DNA of 64,000 nt, counting the filler, from Sphacelaria rigidula (taxonomy: Eukaryota), in NCBI GenBank assembly GCA_964200075.2. It is 7 parts of 7 records of this genome, joined end to end, with 100 filler letters (N's around TTAATTAATTAA, not from the genome) between each part and the next. Parts side by side here need not be neighbours in the genome. Positions count along the whole stretch, not along the records: positions 1 to 9,062 come from CAXNAA020009401.1; positions 9,163 to 18,223 come from CAXNAA020009402.1; 5 more parts are not named here. One strand, written 5' to 3'. Position 1 is the stretch's first letter, and each line of letters starts with the position of its first letter. The notes beneath the pieces were generated by a model, which worked only from the letters and a program-made list of their open reading frames with translations, was not told where the DNA came from and searched no databases. Shown in pieces: positions 1 through 13,000 of this stretch. The translations under genes were made by a program, and so were the position numbers.

Positions 1-796
1 GTGCTCTATGATCAACCACTAGTCGTTGCATTTCACACCCACGCCATCAACCGCCAACCTCAAAGGTCTTGTGGCTTTCAAGCAACGCTGGCGGCAGTAC
101 GGCAGGCAAACCCGATAGATGGCTTTCGCCGCTCTGCTTGACTGACTGGCGTCTGCATGGAGGTCGCCTGGCGTATACGCAATCTCTGTGAAAACAAAAC
201 AGTTCGTGTTTTTCAACTATACAAACATGATTAAAATGACTTTAGTGGTCTGAGGAACTGCGTCTTCCCTGTTCTCCCCCCAGGTAAACAAGGAGGTCGG
301 CAGAGATTTTACAATCGCATGTGACACTCGCGGGGAAACATATATGATCTCCTCTATGAAATTCCGCGTTTTCCAAGCTGCAAATCGTTTGATGCCCGTT
401 GCCTTCCAATAAGAACGTTAAACCGTCAATTTCTGTTCAGTTCTGTACTTTTTGCGGTATTCGCATCTCAGAAAATTTTGGTATTGCTGTGTTGCAGTAT
501 CTTCGAACGTGTGAACGGACCCAAAGCGGCCACTCTCCCTCAGACCACTAAAGTCATTTTAATCATGTTTGTATAGTTGAAAAACACGAACTGTTTTGTT
601 TTCACAGAGATTGCGATATACGCCAGGCGACCTCCATGCAGACGCCAGTCAGTCAAGCAGAGCGGCGAAAGCCATCTATGATCGGGTTTGCCTGCCGTAC
701 TGCCGCCAGCGTTGCTTGAAAGCCACAAGACCTTTGAGGTTGGCGGTTGATGGCGTGGGTGTGAAATGCAACGACTAGTGGTTGATCATAGAGCAC
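1..796. repeat. Long near-perfect inverted repeat (arms 1-255 and 538-796, ~280-bp spacer)
   Basis: 1-255 (gtgctctatgatcaaccactag...tttagtggtctgagg) is the reverse complement of 538-796 (cctcagaccactaaa...ctagtggttgatcatagagcac) with only a few differences. The mirror-image ORFs 19..216(-) and 596..778(+) reflect this. Confidence 0.95.
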
Positions 797-1483
797 CCTT
801 GTCCTTCGTGAGTTCATACATCGCCCCAGGTGGTAACGCGTGACCTCGTCACATCATAATTATTTCTCGAAAGCTACTGACCGAGGTGTTCACGCAGCCA
901 GCGCGTGCTCCAGATTGCAGCATGGACGCACCCCTCTGCACCACGCTCGCAACGGTTAGATCACTACCATAGGTATCTTTTTTCACTCCGCATGTCATGA
1001 AGGTCTCCACAAGTGTTTGATGTCTCATACACCCCCCTCCCCCCAACTGGCGTCTCGCACGCTGTTGTCGTTGGGCACCCAGAGGGTCGCTCACATACAT
1101 GTCGGGTAAAATCAACGATGAATTACACGCCCCGAGTTCGAATTGGATCTGTTATCTTTGCCGCAACGCACCGTCCTTGCTGGAATGTGTGTGACAGAGA
1201 ACAGCAGTAGCGGTGACGGGAACATTGCTTGATTTTTCAACGACACGTTTTCCAGCGCACAGAGGCGCGTCCTGTCCAAAAGGAGAGGCAGAGATAAATC
1301 GATCTTCGCATTCGTGAGCTCGATAGGCAAGAAGAGACGGAATCTTTCCGCAGCTCGATGTTTCGGCACATGGAAAATTGGGCACATACTGGTATAATAA
1401 CATCGATGATGCCAGTTTGTCGAGCGATTAGTAATCGCTGAGCGAGGACACACAAAGGACACGGGCGAGGAGCTTCCTCTCTG

Positions 1484-1602
1484 TCGTTGCTTCTCTCTCT
1501 GGTGATACCACCATCGACACGCGTGTACATCGCACTCGTTAGGTGCACCTAGCCACAGCTGCTTAACTGCTGCGGACATTTGGGGGGGAATATGGCTTCG
1601 CT
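1484..1602. repeat. Dispersed repeat; reverse-complement copy at ~27270-27384 (contig end)
   Basis: gttgcttctctctctggtgata...aggtgcacctagccacagctgcttaactgctgc matches the reverse complement of gcagcagctaagcagttgtggctaggtgcacc...tatcaccagagagagaagcaac. Confidence 0.8.
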
Positions 1603-1691
1603 CGGTCGTAAGTGCTTCGCGTTATCCCTGCAAAAGAGAAGTGTCACTTCAACCTCAATTTTTAGATGGACCCTATTTTCTTGGATCCACT

Positions 1692-1993
1692 GCTATTTGA
1701 GGCCATACTCAACCTACTCGAACATTTGAGTAAAGTACTTGAGGCCGTTCTTGACCTGCTCGAAAATTTGAGTAGAGAATTGAGGTCATACTCAAGAGAT
1801 ACTCTATACTCGAGTATTACCGAGCGTGCGTACTCACTATTTGAGTTGAGTATTTGAGACCATACTTTACCCACTCAGAATTTGAGTGAAATATTTGAGG
1901 CCGTACTCGACCTACTCAAACGTCGAGTAGAGTATATGCTTGAGGGTTCTACTCAGTACTCAAAACTACATACTCTACTCGACCTACCCTTGG
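1692..1993. repeat. Degenerate ~43-bp tandem array rich in TACTC/GAGTA
   Basis: Recurrent unit ttgaggcc(a/g)tactcgacctactc(g/a)aa..ttgagtagag, internally palindromic; resembles a subterminal array of a non-autonomous DNA element. Confidence 0.7.
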
Positions 1994-4829
1994 ATGATTA
2001 TTTTGGTTTTGGCTGCTAGCAGGTAGACACACCTGCAGCATCACCGAACGTACAAATAGCTGGCTTGTAGTGACTGATGTCTACTGATTGTCCTGTTGTA
2101 TACCCTGTACCCTGTACACACATGCGTCGGTCGACTAGGCCTTTGCTTCATATGCGCGCAAATACTTTCGCATAAAACGGGGTTTTGCGCACAAGCATAT
2201 GTGTTACTATGACCTGTATGACCCGACCTTTACTAATAACCCCGGGCTGGTCAACCCGGACCGTCCTCCCAGGCCTGTCACCCTGGGACTGTCATCATCC
2301 CATCTCCGGTCTGGGAGCGCCATTCTCCTGTGTCAAGATGCCTCCTCGTGGGTGCATCCTCCACTCCGTCATTGTGTACCTCGACCCAAACCGACGTGCA
2401 AAATCCGTCCTGTTCAAGTCCACGTCGCAGCTGCGCACACTCCGTACCCATTCATCGAGTGAGAAGCTACAACCTACACACACATACACACACACACCGT
2501 CCGGGTAGGATAAGTCACACTCACTGTCCAGCTGTGTCTCATATTGGCGTCTTGACGGCAGCGGTCTAAACCATGTTAGCTCGTCACTCAGTGTTAATTG
2601 CCCAGAGCCGCCGGCCTCTTCCCGTCTTCTTTTCAATGTAGCTGCTCATAAACGTCAGCGTCGGTTTCAGCTGGCCTGACTGATGCGTTCCATCTACTTC
2701 AAGGTGGCTGGGTACACCATGCCACCTGTCTCGTCAACTTCTCATCCGTGGGCTGTCTCATCGGCTAGTCATGAAGATCTACAACGAAACCCTCATTGCT
2801 GGTAGCACGGATCAACGCATGAAGATTACCCGCGTCGGCATCCCAGCTACAACAACAGCTACGACACACTAGGGCAAGTATACAAGTACACAGGGCAGTA
2901 CCGTAGTACAACGAAGAGTGTACCGTCTGTAGCTGGCTTCCTCCTGTACAGGGCCCCGCTACCTTTCTCGTGTACCGTTGTGGTACCCCATTGAAGTCAG
3001 TATCTCCTGCGGGTTTTGTCCCTGCTGCTTTCCGTGACCCATTCCCGTGTTGTCGACTCGAGATAAGTCAATATAAATCAAGTGTGGTTCAAGTTGCAGT
3101 CAACATTGTATTCACGTCAGCTTCATTACTACCGTTGTCGATCAGTTGATCTGACTGTTGTGTACCATCGTCTGACGGTCTTATCAGATACATTCCGTCA
3201 ACCTCGGAGTTGAAATTTTTTGTCATGTGTTGTTGACTTCATCCCCCCGGTTGCAGTGTTGGTAGCCAGATGAAACGCTGACCGGCGTACATCGCGTCTT
3301 TCGCCCGTAACACGTCAGTGTCTGTACTTGTCCCATACGTGTCACGGTATAATTGTACCGACAGTTTGCTCCAGTACTTCAATTGATCTTACCGAAAAGC
3401 CACGTCACCCTGTCACACCTGACTCATCTCATGTACTATCTGTCACAACAGTCACACCAGCTGTTCCGTACCGTCCACCTCGGAAAAAGTAAAAAAAAGA
3501 CTGGTTCTGTAGCTTCGTCCGTCACGCCCGTGGATGACACCCTCGACCAGCCGCCGTCCGCGCCCGATCCAGACAGTGAAGATGATACGCAAACACTTTG
3601 GTACACCTCCTCGGTGAGCACACAGCGTGGACCGTTGTCACTTGCTTTTCCCCCGAGACGCGTCCGCATCTCAGGATCGGTTGGTCCCGTTCAGATTGAA
3701 AATATTACCGCAGCAGCTGTTCAGTTTGTTCCGCCGCATGGTTGCGCCGCATGATTGAAATCACACCCCATGCTGCAGAAATTGCCGGTCTCGCCCGTAC
3801 CCCCGGCAGCCACTTTGCTCCGTGCAGCAAATGGTTCGCCAATCGATGTCCTTGGGTTTGTTGCGTTCTAATTAACCCTCGGTCATGTCACCCGTCGCGT
3901 CGAAGCACCTGTTGTTCCATCAGTACGTCCTGATTTGTTTACTTTTTGACATCAACTGCACGTCAAAATTCGGCGCAACACTGAACTGGTCAAACCAAAC
4001 GTTGTCCTTTTCAACGGGAAATCGAACTATTCCCGCAGTACACCGTAAAACAAATTTAAAAAAGAAGCTCCTGTGTTGACCTTCCTCCTGTGTGACCCCG
4101 TCTGATGCGCCCACATATACCGAAAGGTGTTGACCGGCGTCCAGAATAGATGAGACGACAACACAACATACACACTGTAGTCAACGGTCAGTCCCGCTTT
4201 CAAGCAGAACACAGTCTACTGTAGCAGCAGTACACGTTTATGCTCCACAAATATCTTGTCACCTTGCTAGAATGCGTACTGTCGAACCTTTTCAAGAGGC
4301 ACTCCTTTTAGCGTATACAGTCTGTCGCCCTATCCGGGCCTGTTGTACCGTCGTTGTTGAACCTCGATTGGTCACCGCGAATGAAATGTCAACAACAGTA
4401 GACCGTCCCGTCGTTTTTGAGTCGTGGATAGTTCCACGTACATTGTCTCACTGGTCAGTTCTTGTCCTGTAGTAGTCCAAATTGCAAACACATCGTCTGA
4501 AGCCGTGTCGTTACCCATAGCCTTAGTTCTTGGTACCCTGTACACTTGTCACTGTAGTCGATCCTGCTCAACTGCACGTACATGCAGTAGCCAAGAGTCC
4601 CTGCACTCCTGTCGAGTTGCGTAAGGCTAAGGATGATCTCCACGAACTCCTTTATTGTATTTCCGCGATACTACCTTCACAGTAAAACAACAAAACCGTG
4701 TTCGTGACTTGTGTGCCGAATTCTGGCTGGTGTTTTATTGTCTATGCACGAGCTTGGTACTTGCACCGTACGCTTTACCCGTCTCCGAAAAAACTGTCCC
4801 AGTCGACAAATCACCGTACCGTTCCAACA

Positions 4830-5603
4830 CCCGTACAGCTGAAGATATCTAGAAATGTGTCAAGGATATGCTCGAATGAAAAATCATTAAAGAGCGCCCT
4901 AGCGCCTGGGATTTCTCGTCATATGCCGTCGTGGAAAAACAAAACAAAATGGCTCACCGAGAATTTGCTATGGTTATCGTAACACCCTTGACAGGTAATC
5001 CAATCCGTTCTTCTTGGGCCCCGTCCAATATGGATACGTGTTTGAATGCTCTCGGTGGTGCTCGTTTCATCACTGTCGCGGATATTATGCCGGCCCTTCT
5101 CGCAACTTCCTGTCGCAGCTCAGGATGTGGACAAGACAACTTTCACTACCCCGTCAGGTAAATATGTGTTTTTACGCATGCCGTTTGGTGTCATTTCTGC
5201 CCCTTGGTTGTATCAACGTATGATGTCTATCTTCTTTGGACATCTGGGTCCAGACTGTCGTATACTGTGTTGGATTGATGATTTTTTGTGCATCAGTAAC
5301 ACATTTGACGAATACCCCAAGCCTCTTCGTCTCATGTTTTCTGCATTTCAAGCAGCAGATCTGACCCTCAAACCGTCCAAAATTCAGTTCGGTCCCAAGG
5401 AAGTCACGTATCTAGGTCACATCATTTCTGCCGAAGGTGTCTCCATCGGTAGAGACCGCACTAAAGCCATTTGCGATCTCGAGCCCCCGAAGTCAGTCAA
5501 ACAACTTCGGTCTGTTCTAGATATGGGTAACTTTGTCGGGAGTTTTATAAAAAACTACGCCGAAATTACGGGTCCCCTTGTCGCTCTCACACGAAAAGGT
5601 TGA
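4830..5603 (+). pseudogene. Gypsy reverse transcriptase domain (frameshifted)
   Basis: NMDTCLNALGGARFITVADI / DVDKTTFTTPSGKYVFLRMPFGVISAP..YQRMM...WIDD...LRSVLDMGNF split over ORFs 4931 and 5046. Confidence 0.9.
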
Positions 5604-6890
5604 AAGAAAAAATGTTCGATTCTGTGTGTTTTTGAAAGCTTGGGGCCCTGAACAGTCCGCAGTTTTTGATCACATCAAACTTGTGTTGACAGCTGCAGCA
5701 ATCTTGAACTTCCCGGATTTCACAGAAGAGTGATGCTGCGATAGGGTCAGCATTTTTGTGACCCAAACCGGTCTGATTCAGGGAGTCTAGTCCACTCCCA
5801 CGTGAAGAAGCCAAGTACACGATGAGTCATTTTTTCCTTCTGGAAGGACGGCGTTTCAGGTCAGACCTACCGGGTAGTTTGCGTAGACATTTTCGCGATC
5901 GCTTGGTAGTTCCCAGCGCATTTCGGTCGTTAGTCATTTACGCATGTCACGATTTTCCCGCGTTAGGTGGTCACTTGGCATTCAAAGCCACTTTTGACCG
6001 GATTACAGACCGCTATTGGTGGCCCTCTATCGATGTCGATGTTCAACGGCATGTTGACCATCGTCAGTCTTGTCAACACGGTAAAACGTCTCGCCGCACA
6101 CCTCAGCTGCCCCTGGGACACCGGGAAACCACCCGCGTCATTCAGTGTGTAGCAGTAGACTTGGTCGAGTATAAAACCCTCTCTCGAGGTGACCCGTTAC
6201 ATCATGTCTGTTATCGACCACTTAACACGGTTTGTTGTTTTAATCGCCGTGTCTGACAAGCTCGCGACTACCGTAGCCCGTCAGCTAGTCACACGTGCCA
6301 TTTGTCTTCAGTCGATCAGAAACGTCACATTCAGACCAACCGAAGAGTTTGAAAAACAACCTATCAAATAAGTTCAATCCGTCTTTGGGTACAAGTAAAC
6401 TCGTACTTCTGCCTACCGTCGCAAGGCAACTCTGTCCTCGAGCTTGTTTACACTACTGTCCACAACATGCTCGTCATGTACAGAGATGTTGCGTGTCGAA
6501 ATTGGGCTGAATTTCTTCTGCCCTTCGTACAACTCGCACATGATACTGCCTACTCTACTACGCTGCAAGAAACGCCGCACTTTGTCATGTTCGGCCGCCT
6601 TGCAGTGTTACAGTAGATGCCATTCTCGGTGTCCCGTCGACATCGACTCCACAGTCATCCTTGGAGTATACCAGGCAGACCATCGGGCGGTTAAAACTCG
6701 CCTATGACTTAGCCCGGCGTAATCGTAAAGAGCGAGCTGGCTCACAAGCATCCGTCAACGCTATGTTGTCATTTCCCCAACTCAAAATCGGAGAGAAAGT
6801 CCTGCTCCACCGCCCGTACACTACAACTGATGGACCAAACCACGAGCTCGTCAGCCCATGGCGTGGTCCTTATACTGTCCGAGCTCAGTT

Positions 6891-7151
6891 GACACTTTCT
6901 ACGATAGCCCCCCCCCAAAAACCCCAGCTCAAACGTGTCACGAAACAAATGGCCATATAGCGCTTGATGTTTGGGTTCAGGCTGTATGAAGCGCCCCGTA
7001 TTGACGACATTGGCTAGAACGAAACCAAGCGTGGGAATTCCCAGCTTCTCGTTGTGCTCGGCTTCTCCCATTTCGATTTACGTGAAAATTTTGCTTCCCA
7101 CAACCACGCACCTTTTCGGAGGGGGGGGTGGGGGGTATCGTAGAAAGTGTC
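6891..7151. mobile_element. 261-bp MITE inserted in the Gypsy integrase; TIR GACACTTTCTACGATA, 4-bp TSD AGTT
   Basis: agtt|gacactttctacgata...tatcgtagaaagtgtc|agtt. Removing it restores GPYTVRAQLSPVLYRV. A second copy lies at 29986-30242. Confidence 0.92.
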
Positions 7152-7921
7152 AGTTATCTCCCGTTCTTTACCGTGTCAATAAGCATGGTGAGATGTTTCG
7201 AATCACTGTTGGTCTTGGAAGGTTGAAAAAATACCACCCGCCCCTCGATTCGCTCGTGTCCGATCTCTCAGCTCTCGATGACTTTTTTTTAGGTACAAAG
7301 TTGCCAGTCCCCGACCTTGAAGGTTCCCTCAATGCTGTCAAGCTGGATCCCTACACGGTCGAAGGTATCGACGGTCACAAGCGCGGAGTTGGCAGCGCGT
7401 CGTCGACCATTTTCCAGTACCACCTTTTGTTGAAAGGCCATTCACCAGCGATGGGAGTTTGGAAGCATTATAGAGAAGTTCCCCAGTGCCGAGAAATGAT
7501 GGAGTCGCACCCAGCAGTCACCTTGTCGGCGGACTCGTCAGCCTTCAATGCTTCCCGTACAGTAAAACAAATAGCAGCGCCGTGATTGCTACCAGTTGTT
7601 GTCAGTATACTTTTGTCTGTCTTTGGCAAGATTGCCGTCCCGTCTTTGTTTGTGCCGGTCGTATATACTAGTTATAGCGGCATACAACCTTGCCACAGGT
7701 GTGTCGTACACCTCATCTGGTCTTCGCCGTTGCGAACCACGTCGAACATGGTTTTATTTTCGTCTTGTGTGTGTCAACAAGGGTGATATACCGCATCATC
7801 AGTTAGGACGGGTATACGTATGTCTTGATGCATACAGTCTAATTCGTCGAGCCGACCGTTCACGTTCACCATCGTGCTCCGACCGTCTCGTGTCCTTCCC
7901 TGGGGGTTTGGCGCGGGGGGG

Positions 7922-8750
7922 TGATACTCAAGGGTAGCTTATCACTACACTCGCTACCATGTCTGCGTCCTCGAGAATGATGAGTTGTTTGTCAATCTTT
8001 GTAATCTATTTCGTTTACCCGCGTCACATTTTACATGGTAGGTCACATCGCGTATCAGCTTTATTTTCCTCTTGTTTAGTCTTGTCCCTGATGGAAAAAA
8101 AAAGTCGTACTCTGTACACCTCATTACCTAAGTCATTCATCTCTATATTTATCTTTTTCGTTGTCGTGAGTAAAACTGCGTCACAGAGTAAAGTGGTTCG
8201 TCGTCTTCGTACTTTTTTTCGTTGGTGAATCCCGAATTTGGTTCCCTGGATTTCAAGGCCAGTCCGCCTCGCCACTATGTTGGTGCGTTCAGTGAAGTCA
8301 ATAAATGGTCTTCATCAGGCTCTTCCGCTTCTCGAAATGTTGTGAAACAACCACACACCTCGCACCACTGATGGGTTAGGACCCCAGTCGGTTGCAATGT
8401 TGCGTGCGCGTTCACCCCATCACCACTTCATACTCACACTTACCTCCATGAAACGACAAGTTGAAATCTGATTTCTCGATCTCGGACCCTCGAATTATTG
8501 GAATGGTGGGTATTTCACGCCTGCTGGATTAGGACCCCAGGTGGTTGTACCAGAAAGCAGCAACATTTTTCTCGATATTCATCGTCGTACGGCCCATCAC
8601 TGATGCATTGAGCACTGGGCAAATAAAATGAACGCTGATTAATTAGGACCCCAGAAAACATAATGTTTTCACCACATCATTCATCTATTCGGATAGGTCA
8701 TACTCACCGAGTAAGAAGCTACAATCTACACCCACCGAACGTCCGGATAG
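7922..8750 (+). mobile_element. Putative 3' LTR of the Gypsy element
   Basis: A G-rich polypurine tract (gcgcggggggg, 7911-7921) is followed by TG at 7922. 8690-8750 shares a ~55-bp motif with 2450-2525. The right boundary is uncertain. Confidence 0.45.
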
Positions 8751-8949
8751 GTCTTGTTTTGCTGAAAGGTACGTTCCACGGGCGGTGCCGCCAGGAACCC
8801 GCCGGGAACCGCCTCAAGAAGGACGCGAAAAAGGCGCATAAGCCGCTTACATTTCACCAAAAAACGCATAAACCGGCGCATAATGCTCACTGTTGCACAC
8901 GAAAAAAATGGAAAACGCGCATTAAAAAAAAATGCGCATAAAAAGCAAA

Positions 8950-9062
8950 GAACAACAAATTTTGCGAACTGAGGTCTAACTTCGAGATGAGGTTCAAGCC
9001 TAAAACAGTGCTATCCCCACAATTTCAGCGATGGTGCCCGATGACGTTTTTGTCGGCCTAAT
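8950..9062 (+). repeat. High-copy dispersed repeat at contig ends (also ~18156-18213 and ~45640-45706)
   Basis: Shared caacaaatt.tgcgaa.tgaggt.taact.cgagatgagg.tcaagcctaaaacagtgct and acagtgct.tccccaca.tttcagcgatggtgccc..ttttgtcggcctaat. Confidence 0.8.
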
Positions 9063-9162
9063 NNNNNNNNNNNNNNNNNNNNNNNNNNNNNNNNNNNNNN
9101 NNNNNNTTAATTAATTAANNNNNNNNNNNNNNNNNNNNNNNNNNNNNNNNNNNNNNNNNNNN
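9063..9162. other. Artificial contig spacer (N44-TTAATTAATTAA-N44); also at 18224-18323, 27385-27484, 36546-36645, 45707-45806, 54867-54966
   Basis: Identical 100-bp spacer with stops in all six frames, separating segments of 9061/9060 bp. Confidence 0.98.
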
Positions 9163-9163
9163 T

Positions 9164-9376
9164 AAGGCTCTAGCCGACAACCCTCTCAGCTCAGGTCGAA
9201 GTAAGCACATCGACGTGAGGTGGCATTTTATTAGGGACTTGGTTAGGACGGGAGCAGTAAGGATTGTTCATGTGGATTCGGAGTGGCAAAACGCCGATAT
9301 TCTTACAAAGCCGCTCCCATTCACGCTGTTCGACAGGCACCGTCGCGCCTTGATGAACACTGGGGACAGCGAGTAG
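9164..9376 (+). mobile_element. Ty1/Copia pol C-terminus (RNase H)
   Basis: Hand translation: KALADNPLSSGRSKHIDVRWHFIRDLVRTGAVRIVHVDSEWQNADILTKPLPFTLFDRHRRALMNTGDSE*. KHIDVR and ADILTK are Copia RNase H motifs; the frame is intact. Confidence 0.95.
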
Positions 9377-9684
9377 ACACATATTTTGTTTTGTTTGTGT
9401 CTTTCGATTTGTCAGCTCTAGGTGTTTCAGGTCATGGTTTCCGTAATGCATCTGCGCTCACATCGGGTGAAGCCGCTCACGCTACTTTGTGGGGCATGGG
9501 TTTGTAGGGCGTTTCCCGTTGTTCAGTACAGGTGCCCTGGCTTGGGCGTCTGCGAAAAAGGGTTGTTGGTTTTGAGCACAAGCGGTGGAGTTTGTGTGAT
9601 AGGGGTTTTTGTTCGGAAGGCCGGGTTTCCTCCTCAATTTGTTTTTTTTTAGCTTTGAGTGCCGAGGTATCCGATCAGGGGGAG

Positions 9685-10083
9685 TGTTCGAGTGATTCAG
9701 ATACCCAGTAATGCTGGATCTACGTAGAATCGGGGGTCGGGGTGACGTACGAGTACCGACAGTTTAGTGTGTGCAAATGTGGTACAGTACAGCTGAGAGC
9801 AGCGGAGCAGTCCGCCCCCCCTTGATCATTCTCATTTCATCTACCTCCATCTCATCAGCACTCTCCCAAGTTGTAGTAGAACTTGGGTGCTCTTCAATAA
9901 AAGATCTGAAACCATTACCCTGTGCCTGAGCCAACGAATAGGGGTTGGGGTCTGGGGCGTGGTCCCTGCAGTGACTGGCTCGATTGGTTTTGAAAAACGT
10001 CGATCCTGAGGTGTTTAGGACTACGATATGATCCTCTAAGCACGCCGTCCTCTCATGCATTACAGCACAGCGCCAGCAGAACA
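9685..10083 (+). mobile_element. Copia 3' LTR (~399 bp)
   Basis: PPT agggggag (9677-9684) is followed directly by TGTTC; a matching inverted end GAACA lies at 10079-10083. Confidence 0.7.
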
Positions 10084-13000
10084 GCTACCCCTAAACGCCC
10101 TAAAGCGTGGCGCCCGGAGTAAGATGACGCATCCGTCGAGACGAAAAAAGGAGCGCGTTTTGATGAGCTCGTTCGGATGCTCGTTCGTGCTCTCGCGCGA
10201 CCGTATTTGTCACCCAATCAATCATTCCGACTAAGAACAATATATTCGTGAGATTGAGAGTAGCGTATCGGATTGAGAGTGGGGTTTCATTTGAACTGTG
10301 GGCACGGCGTGCAGTTTCGATTAATGGACAAAATGCAAAGGCAGGATAATGGCCGTCAGTCATAACAATGTTTCCGTGAACTTGAGCGTTGAAAGTACGA
10401 TTGAGAGTGAGGTCTTATTCATAACATGACTCGCTTCGCCGGTTCTGATAATGAGACGGAAAGCTTACATGTGTAGCATGTTGAACATTCCTGCGACCCG
10501 TTGCTCAATGGAATGGCAGAATAATGTTGAAGTGTTGCGCGCTGGCCCACAGGTCGCATCTGTGGAAAAATGCACTGTTCAAGATGTCTCCAAAGTAGTA
10601 TGAGTCGTGCGGTTCGAGTAAAAGATACGATTAAGCCAGGTTGTGCCCGAACTCATTCGCGAATGCAATTGATGCCACCATTCGTCGTGTGGACTTGGGA
10701 CCCGTGGATATATTCAAATCACTGTTCTGTTCAAACCTTTTGCCGCAGTTTCCGTCGTTGTTTTTGAAAGTGCAAGTCATCGCGTGTGATATGATTGCTG
10801 ATATCCCGCCTTTTCGTGCCGAGAAAAGTCGCAAAACGTGGTGGGACCCTGGATTCTGTTCCATCATCTCACCCTCGATGGCAGCGGGTCATAACAATTT
10901 TTATTGCACGAAGCCAATGGGGCGCCTCCCGGCCATGAGCTGCAGCAAATCGATTTTGCCAGGGACTCTCGCCAACCGCATCGGATTTCCGAAAATGCAC
11001 CCAAAACATGTGCCGACGGACCCATCAAGAATAGCTCATAATCCATCAACACGGGAAAACAAATACTACCGCATCAGCAAATTAGCTGCAAAATACCGGA
11101 ACCACTTGGAACTGACTAACCAAAAAGAACATCATGCTGTGCTGAACATCAATCAACGGTACAACAAACACCGGACGCTGGGTCTCGGTAGACTCCAAGA
11201 CCACCGCTCCTGCTCCACCTCTACCCCATCCGTGCTCCCTTAAGGGTCAGTACGTGGCCTACACAAATCGCTGACTCTGCGCAATTTGATGTCACGCCGA
11301 GCGTCGACACTTAGAAGAGATGCGTCTTGCACGTCTTCTGCATGATCCTGCGGAAATGATTGATCGGGGGCAGCGTCGAAGGGTACGGGTGATCGCAAGA
11401 GTTAATAGGGCAAGTTACAGTCGATGGTTGAATTGGACTGATTGAGTGCGCATACAGGAGTTAGAATCAAGATAATTCAAGAGAGCGAAGTGTAGAACCT
11501 ATTGCGTGAGTGCTCGTCTGATATTTGGATACTGAGCAGGTCACACGGTATCTACAGGTTGTAGCAGCCTGACGATTGTACACTTCTTGCCTGCCAAGCT
11601 TGTGCCTGACGGTTGTACAGTTGTCTGCCAAGCTTGTGCCTTGGGTTGCAAGCCGTGTCCTTGCATTATACTGCCGTATGCTTTTCATCACATTGACGTT
11701 TGACTATGGAACTTCCTCTTCGGCTATGGCGTTTCTTTCTTGTACCGATTTGTATCCCTGGCTGCTAGCTGTGTACTCCAGCTTTTTGATCATCAGCCCC
11801 CTTCCCCCTTCAGGACGGTTTTAGTCAAACCTACCGCCAGGTAGTCAGTAGCTTTACAAGCTTCTGCCCCGCGTGTCTCTCCGTAAAGTATTTGTGCCCA
11901 GCTACTTGCAATTGCTGTAGCGCTCGACGGCACATTTTGTGTGGCCAACGTGGGGTCAACGCGCACTGCTTGCTATTCTTGCTGTGCTGTCAATTTGACA
12001 TCCCCTGCGCAAGGCTCCACGGTATCAGGTCCGCCTGTACGTCTGCGATCCTTCGTGATTCACCAGCCCGGTACGACCACCGCACCAAGCCATCGTTGGC
12101 TCGTGTATTTGGCCTTGTGGCCCCCTTTCCTTCTGGAGAAAAAGTCTTCTACTACAGGTTTGTACAGAACACCAGTGCACAAAAGGCGCACTGTTGTTCA
12201 TAAGCCAGCCGCTGTTCCTGACCGGAGCTCCTGCCTACCGGCACCCTGCTGCTTTTATTTTTCAGTATCGATTGTACGCGACTGTTGTATCTTTCCTTCA
12301 CGAAATTACTGAACAAGTACAAACCGTGTTCACACAGTGTGATAACGGACGTCTGTATACGAACTTTGAATTGTTCCGGCACTTTACCTTCGTTGCTCGT
12401 AGCTACCTTGTTGTTGATGTAGCTTTAGCTTCGTTCCTTGTGGATACTTTGTTCTTGTTGTCCTCTTGTGTACTTCGCACAACCGTAAGACAACGCGGTA
12501 CATCACCGCGGTGAGTTTGTCCTCCTTTGACCTCCTCTCGAACGAACAAATGTATTCTTCCGAGACGGTTTTGTTACGATACTACTAGTTAAAACATTTC
12601 AAACCCCCGTCACGTGCTCATTTGAACAGATAGCACCCGAAATCGGTGCCCCTCGCCTGTACACTCCAAATGTTTCGGCACCTGCTCCCAGCGTTGCCCC
12701 TGTTGTGCATCACATTACCTTTGCTCCACATGCATACGTTGTCTCGACTTCGTTGGATAACAAGCCTTCGCTTTGCACTACGCAGTCCGAGTTCGCGGTC
12801 TACAACCCCACCATTGAAGAAGCTTTTGTGCTGCCTTACGCTGCACAGTTTTTTGTGCGCATCTGCGAATACATATATATATATATATATATATTTCATT
12901 TGCACACAACCAGTCGTCCCTCAACTTGTGCTGGGATCATATAGTTATAGTCTGCCCGTGACGCTACACCCGAAACACGTGTAAGTTGTTCTTTCACGTA

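Larger units (their letters stand above)
3780..7585 (+). mobile_element. Decayed Ty3/Gypsy (chromovirus-type) LTR retrotransposon pol: protease remnant, RT, integrase, chromodomain
   Basis: RT motifs KTTFTTPSGKYVFLRMPFG, WIDD, KPSKIQF..EVTYLGHII (5046-5603). Integrase Zn region H..GGH..YWW..SCQ and VAVDLV (5822-6256). GPY motif PWRGPYTV (~6855-6880). C-terminal chromodomain-like YTVEGIDGHK...QYHLLLKGHS..GVW (~7350-7510). Order RT-IN is Gypsy. Many frameshifts and stops; RNase H appears deleted. Confidence 0.9.

Noticed and set aside
1692..1993. Palindromic ~43-bp repeats as a CRISPR array or a leucine-rich ORF (1666..1857)
   Set aside because: There are no unique spacers, and the ORF periodicity just mirrors the DNA repeat.
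2799..3270. TGGTAGC motifs (~2800 and ~3260) as an initiator-Met primer-binding site
   Set aside because: The match is short and no defined 5' LTR ending in CA lies directly upstream.
9107..9118. Periodic TTAATTAATTAA motif every ~9.16 kb
   Set aside because: Embedded in N-runs; an artificial six-frame stop linker.
10500..11243. 200-aa ORF and an antisense frame as a transposase relic
   Set aside because: No recognisable motif or convincing splice structure.
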